Source: Candidatus Cybelea sp. (lineage in GTDB: Bacteria; Vulcanimicrobiota; Vulcanimicrobiia; Vulcanimicrobiales; Vulcanimicrobiaceae). From it: a stretch of 64,000 nucleotides of DNA. This document shows, one piece after another, positions 62,171 to 64,000 of this stretch (positions are counted from its first letter, which is position 1; each line of letters begins with the position of its first letter). The notes below the pieces were generated by a model. It was not told the DNA's origin, ran no database searches, and saw only the letters and a program-made list of their open reading frames with translations. A program made the translations under genes and the position numbers. The stretch spans positions 40,585 through 104,584 of the forward strand of contig DASXFZ010000064.1 in NCBI GenBank assembly GCA_036489315.1. The letters run 5' to 3'.

Positions 62171-62775
62171 GAGTCGGAATTTTTGGGGGAACGTTCGATC
62201 CGATTCATAACGCGCATCTCTTCGTTGCAGAATCCGCGCGCATCTTGGAGCGCCTCGACCGCGTCCTGTTCGTTCCCACCGCCAACGCGCACTACCGCGA
62301 GAAGCCGCAGACCGACGCGGCGCATCGCTGCGCGATGATTCTCGGCGCGATCGGGGGCAACGAGGCGTTCGCACTCGACGATACGGACCTGCGTCGCGAT
62401 TCGACCGGATATACCGCCGACTTAGTCCCGAAGCTAAGGGCGAAGTTCGGTGCGGAGCTCACCTTCATCATCGGTGCCGATTCGCTCGTGAATACCCCGT
62501 GGATGCGATTCGACGAAGTGCTGGAGGCGCTGGAGCGCTTCGTGATCGCGCCGCGTGCCGGCGTGCGAGCCGATGCTCTCGCGCGGGTTATCTCGGCGGT
62601 TCCAGCCGGGCTGCGCGATCGCGTCAGCTCCTTGAACATGCCGGAGATTCCGGAATCGTCGACGTTGATTCGCACCTTGATCTCGCAAGGCCGCAGCATC
62701 CGCTATTTGGTGCCCGAACCCGTTTGGCAGTATATCGTCGCGCAGCGCCTGTATGGCTACGCCGCTGCGCCGTAG
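62167..62775 (+). CDS. nadD: Nicotinate-nucleotide adenylyltransferase
   Basis: 202 aa. GIFGGTFDPIHNAHL nucleotidyltransferase motif and ISSTLIR-like ESSTLIR. The start overlaps the obg stop (ATGA). Confidence 0.9.
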   Translation: MRVGIFGGTFDPIHNAHLFVAESARILERLDRVLFVPTANAHYREKPQTDAAHRCAMILGAIGGNEAFALDDTDLRRDSTGYTADLVPKLRAKFGAELTFIIGADSLVNTPWMRFDEVLEALERFVIAPRAGVRADALARVISAVPAGLRDRVSSLNMPEIPESSTLIRTLISQGRSIRYLVPEPVWQYIVAQRLYGYAAAP

Positions 62776-63178
62776 GGCGGCGGCTGCGGCGCTGCTGGCG
62801 GCCGGGGCGCTTGGCGCGTGCTCCTCGACCCAGAGCCCTGACGATGCCGCAGTCTGCACGGCGTACACCGCGCACCGTTCGGGCGTCGAAGTCGTTGCCG
62901 GCGGCACGGTCTCGCGCAGCCTCGGCGTCCGCGCCGGGCGCAGCAGTCCTCACGAAGGCTTTCTGCTGCGGCTGGACTCGGGCTGTAAGCTCGTCGTTCG
63001 CGTCGAGGCCAACACCGATTTCACCGGCACGATTGCGCTCTCGCCGGGCGAGCGCGTCGCGGTGAAAGGGGAGTACGAGTACTATCCGCTCGGCGGCGTT
63101 ATCCACTGGACGCACCGCGATCCGCGCGGGCACCACGAGAACGGATACATCACCGCCGCCGGCACGATGTACTATTGA
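62753..63178 (+). CDS. DUF3465-like lipoprotein
   Basis: 141 aa. Lipobox AGALGAC. The C-terminal GGVIHWTHRDPRGHHENGYI resembles DUF3465 (from memory). Confidence 0.55.
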   Translation: MATPLRRRAAAAALLAAGALGACSSTQSPDDAAVCTAYTAHRSGVEVVAGGTVSRSLGVRAGRSSPHEGFLLRLDSGCKLVVRVEANTDFTGTIALSPGERVAVKGEYEYYPLGGVIHWTHRDPRGHHENGYITAAGTMYY

Positions 63179-63768
63179 GACTGCAGCGCATCGTTCTCGG
63201 CAGCGGCTCGCCTCGGCGGCTCGAGCTGCTGCGCTCGCTCGGGCTCCAGGTCGACGTCGTGCCGAGCGGTTATGGCGAGCCTCCTTTCGAGCATCTGACG
63301 CCCGCAGAGCTCGCTTCGTACCACGCCCGTGAGAAGCTCGCCGGCGTGCTCCACAAACTCGGCACGAGCCCCGGCCTCCCCGTGCTGACGGCCGATACGG
63401 TCGTCGATCTCGACGGGACGGCGCTCGGAAAGCCGGGCGACGCGGCGGAGGCAACGCGGATGCTGGGAGCGCTCTCGGGACGCGAGCACGCCGTGCATAC
63501 GGCCTTTGCGCTGGCGACGCCCAACGGCAGCGAGGAAGAGCGCCTCACGACGCGCGTCCGCTTTTACCCCCTGGAGCCCGACGAGATCGCCGAGTATGTC
63601 GCGACCGGCGAACCGTTCGATAAGGCCGGCGCCTATGGCATCCAAGGGCGAGCGGCGTCGCTGGTCGAGGCGATCGACGGCGACTTTTACACCGTCATGG
63701 GCCTGCCGCTGGCACGCGTCGTCCGAACGCTTCGCAGGTTGGGATTTGCGCTCCCCGCACCGAAATAG
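63175..63768 (+). CDS. maf: Maf-family nucleoside triphosphate pyrophosphatase
   Basis: 197 aa, TTG start. LGSGSPRRLELL, DTVV and GAYGIQG motifs. Confidence 0.9.
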   Translation: MRLQRIVLGSGSPRRLELLRSLGLQVDVVPSGYGEPPFEHLTPAELASYHAREKLAGVLHKLGTSPGLPVLTADTVVDLDGTALGKPGDAAEATRMLGALSGREHAVHTAFALATPNGSEEERLTTRVRFYPLEPDEIAEYVATGEPFDKAGAYGIQGRAASLVEAIDGDFYTVMGLPLARVVRTLRRLGFALPAPK

Positions 63769-63804
63769 CGTCGGCCCACGGCGCCCACGAGCGGAGTAGT
63801 CAGA

Positions 63805-64000
63805 ATCTTCACCTACCGAGACGAACGCAAGCTCTTTGTACTGATCGCGATCATCATCGTGGCGGCTCTGCTGGCGCTGCTTCAGATCGGCGCGCAGCGA
63901 ATCGGCGCGACCAGTCCAATTGCAAACATCGGCGGTTCGATTTTTGCAGTCGCGCAGAGCGCGATCGCTGCGACGACGCGGACCGCGCGCACGATCGGCA
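63805..64000 (+). CDS. Partial ORF, possibly the 5' end of mreC (start codon unclear)
   Basis: The frame is open from the maf stop to the window end: ..RIFTYRDERKLFVLIAIIIVAALLALLQIGAQRIGATSPIANIGGSIFAVAQSAI.. This gives a short cytoplasmic N-terminus, one TM and a P..Q region, as in MreC. No ATG, GTG or TTG precedes the TM. Confidence 0.3.
   Translation, partial: MFTYRDERKLFVLIAIIIVAALLALLQIGAQRIGATSPIANIGGSIFAVAQSAIAATTRTARTIG

Noticed and set aside
35453-63768. The idea that TAG is recoded or read through genome-wide. Both the lpxA and maf TAG stops are in frame with downstream genes that lack a start codon.
   Set aside because: TAG also terminates many well-delimited genes here, such as ctp copy 2, rne, the phosphoesterase, rodA and minD paralogue B. 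These have proper C-termini and downstream terminators or intergenic regions, so global recoding is unlikely.
1-64000. CRISPR arrays, rRNA genes, integrases or recombinases, and known defence-system genes.
   Set aside because: I saw no regularly spaced direct repeats, no rRNA-like sequence, and no tyrosine or serine recombinase or defence signature motifs. The island carries only an IS1-type transposase.

Overview
High-GC chromosomal segment (G+C judged by eye only) from a diderm, LPS-making bacterium. It spans the replication origin. No rRNA genes or CRISPR arrays were seen, and there is one tRNA.

Gene order, left to right:
- ftsX, an M23/EnvC-like protein and two tandem S41 Ctp proteases.
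- RNase E/G, a phosphoesterase lipoprotein and a lipoprotein gene split by a frameshift.
- minC-minD-minD-minE-rodA on the minus strand, with a tandem MinD duplication.
- An M48 protease, a DUF697-like protein and a MOSC protein.
- dnaX-ybaB-recR, then recQ, then a secreted Ig-like protein.
- About 24 kb of unbroken minus-strand outer-membrane biogenesis genes: tamB, bamA, three ompH/skp, lpxD, lpxC, fabZ, lpxA, lpxB, a metallophosphoesterase, an LpxB-related protein, an O-antigen-ligase-like protein, lptC-like, lptB, lptF/G, a DUF3084-like protein, a YqgF-like protein, an OMP, a TPR protein and a GT4.
- dnaA-dnaN-recF-DUF721(DciA-like)-gyrB, with DnaA-box clusters on both sides of dnaA. oriC lies near 55.5 kb, and gene orientation switches there.
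- A visibly AT-richer island of about 4.5 kb next to tRNA-Leu(UAG). It holds a P63C-domain protein, an IS1-family transposase, an RHH protein, a small MPKRS/KGG-ARW protein family and repeat debris.
- rpmA-obg-nadD-DUF3465-maf and a partial mreC-like ORF.

Most notable observations:
- lpxB has no canonical start codon at its conserved N-terminus. It is in frame with the lpxA stop and has a CTG at the expected position.
- An uncharacterised membrane protein and a YqgF-like nuclease are translationally coupled to lptB-lptF/G.
- A metallophosphoesterase sits where the LpxH/LpxI/LpxG step would be expected.
- There are two intact MinD paralogues, and MinE carries a basic tail.
- There are three OmpH/Skp paralogues, one very long and one double-domain.
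- L27 carries a Firmicute-type cleavable propeptide, but rplU and prp are not next to it.
- The origin-proximal island has leaderless-type promoters, phased operator repeats and tRNA or gene fragments.

Many long ORFs in the supplied track are antisense or out-of-frame artefacts of high GC and are not reported.
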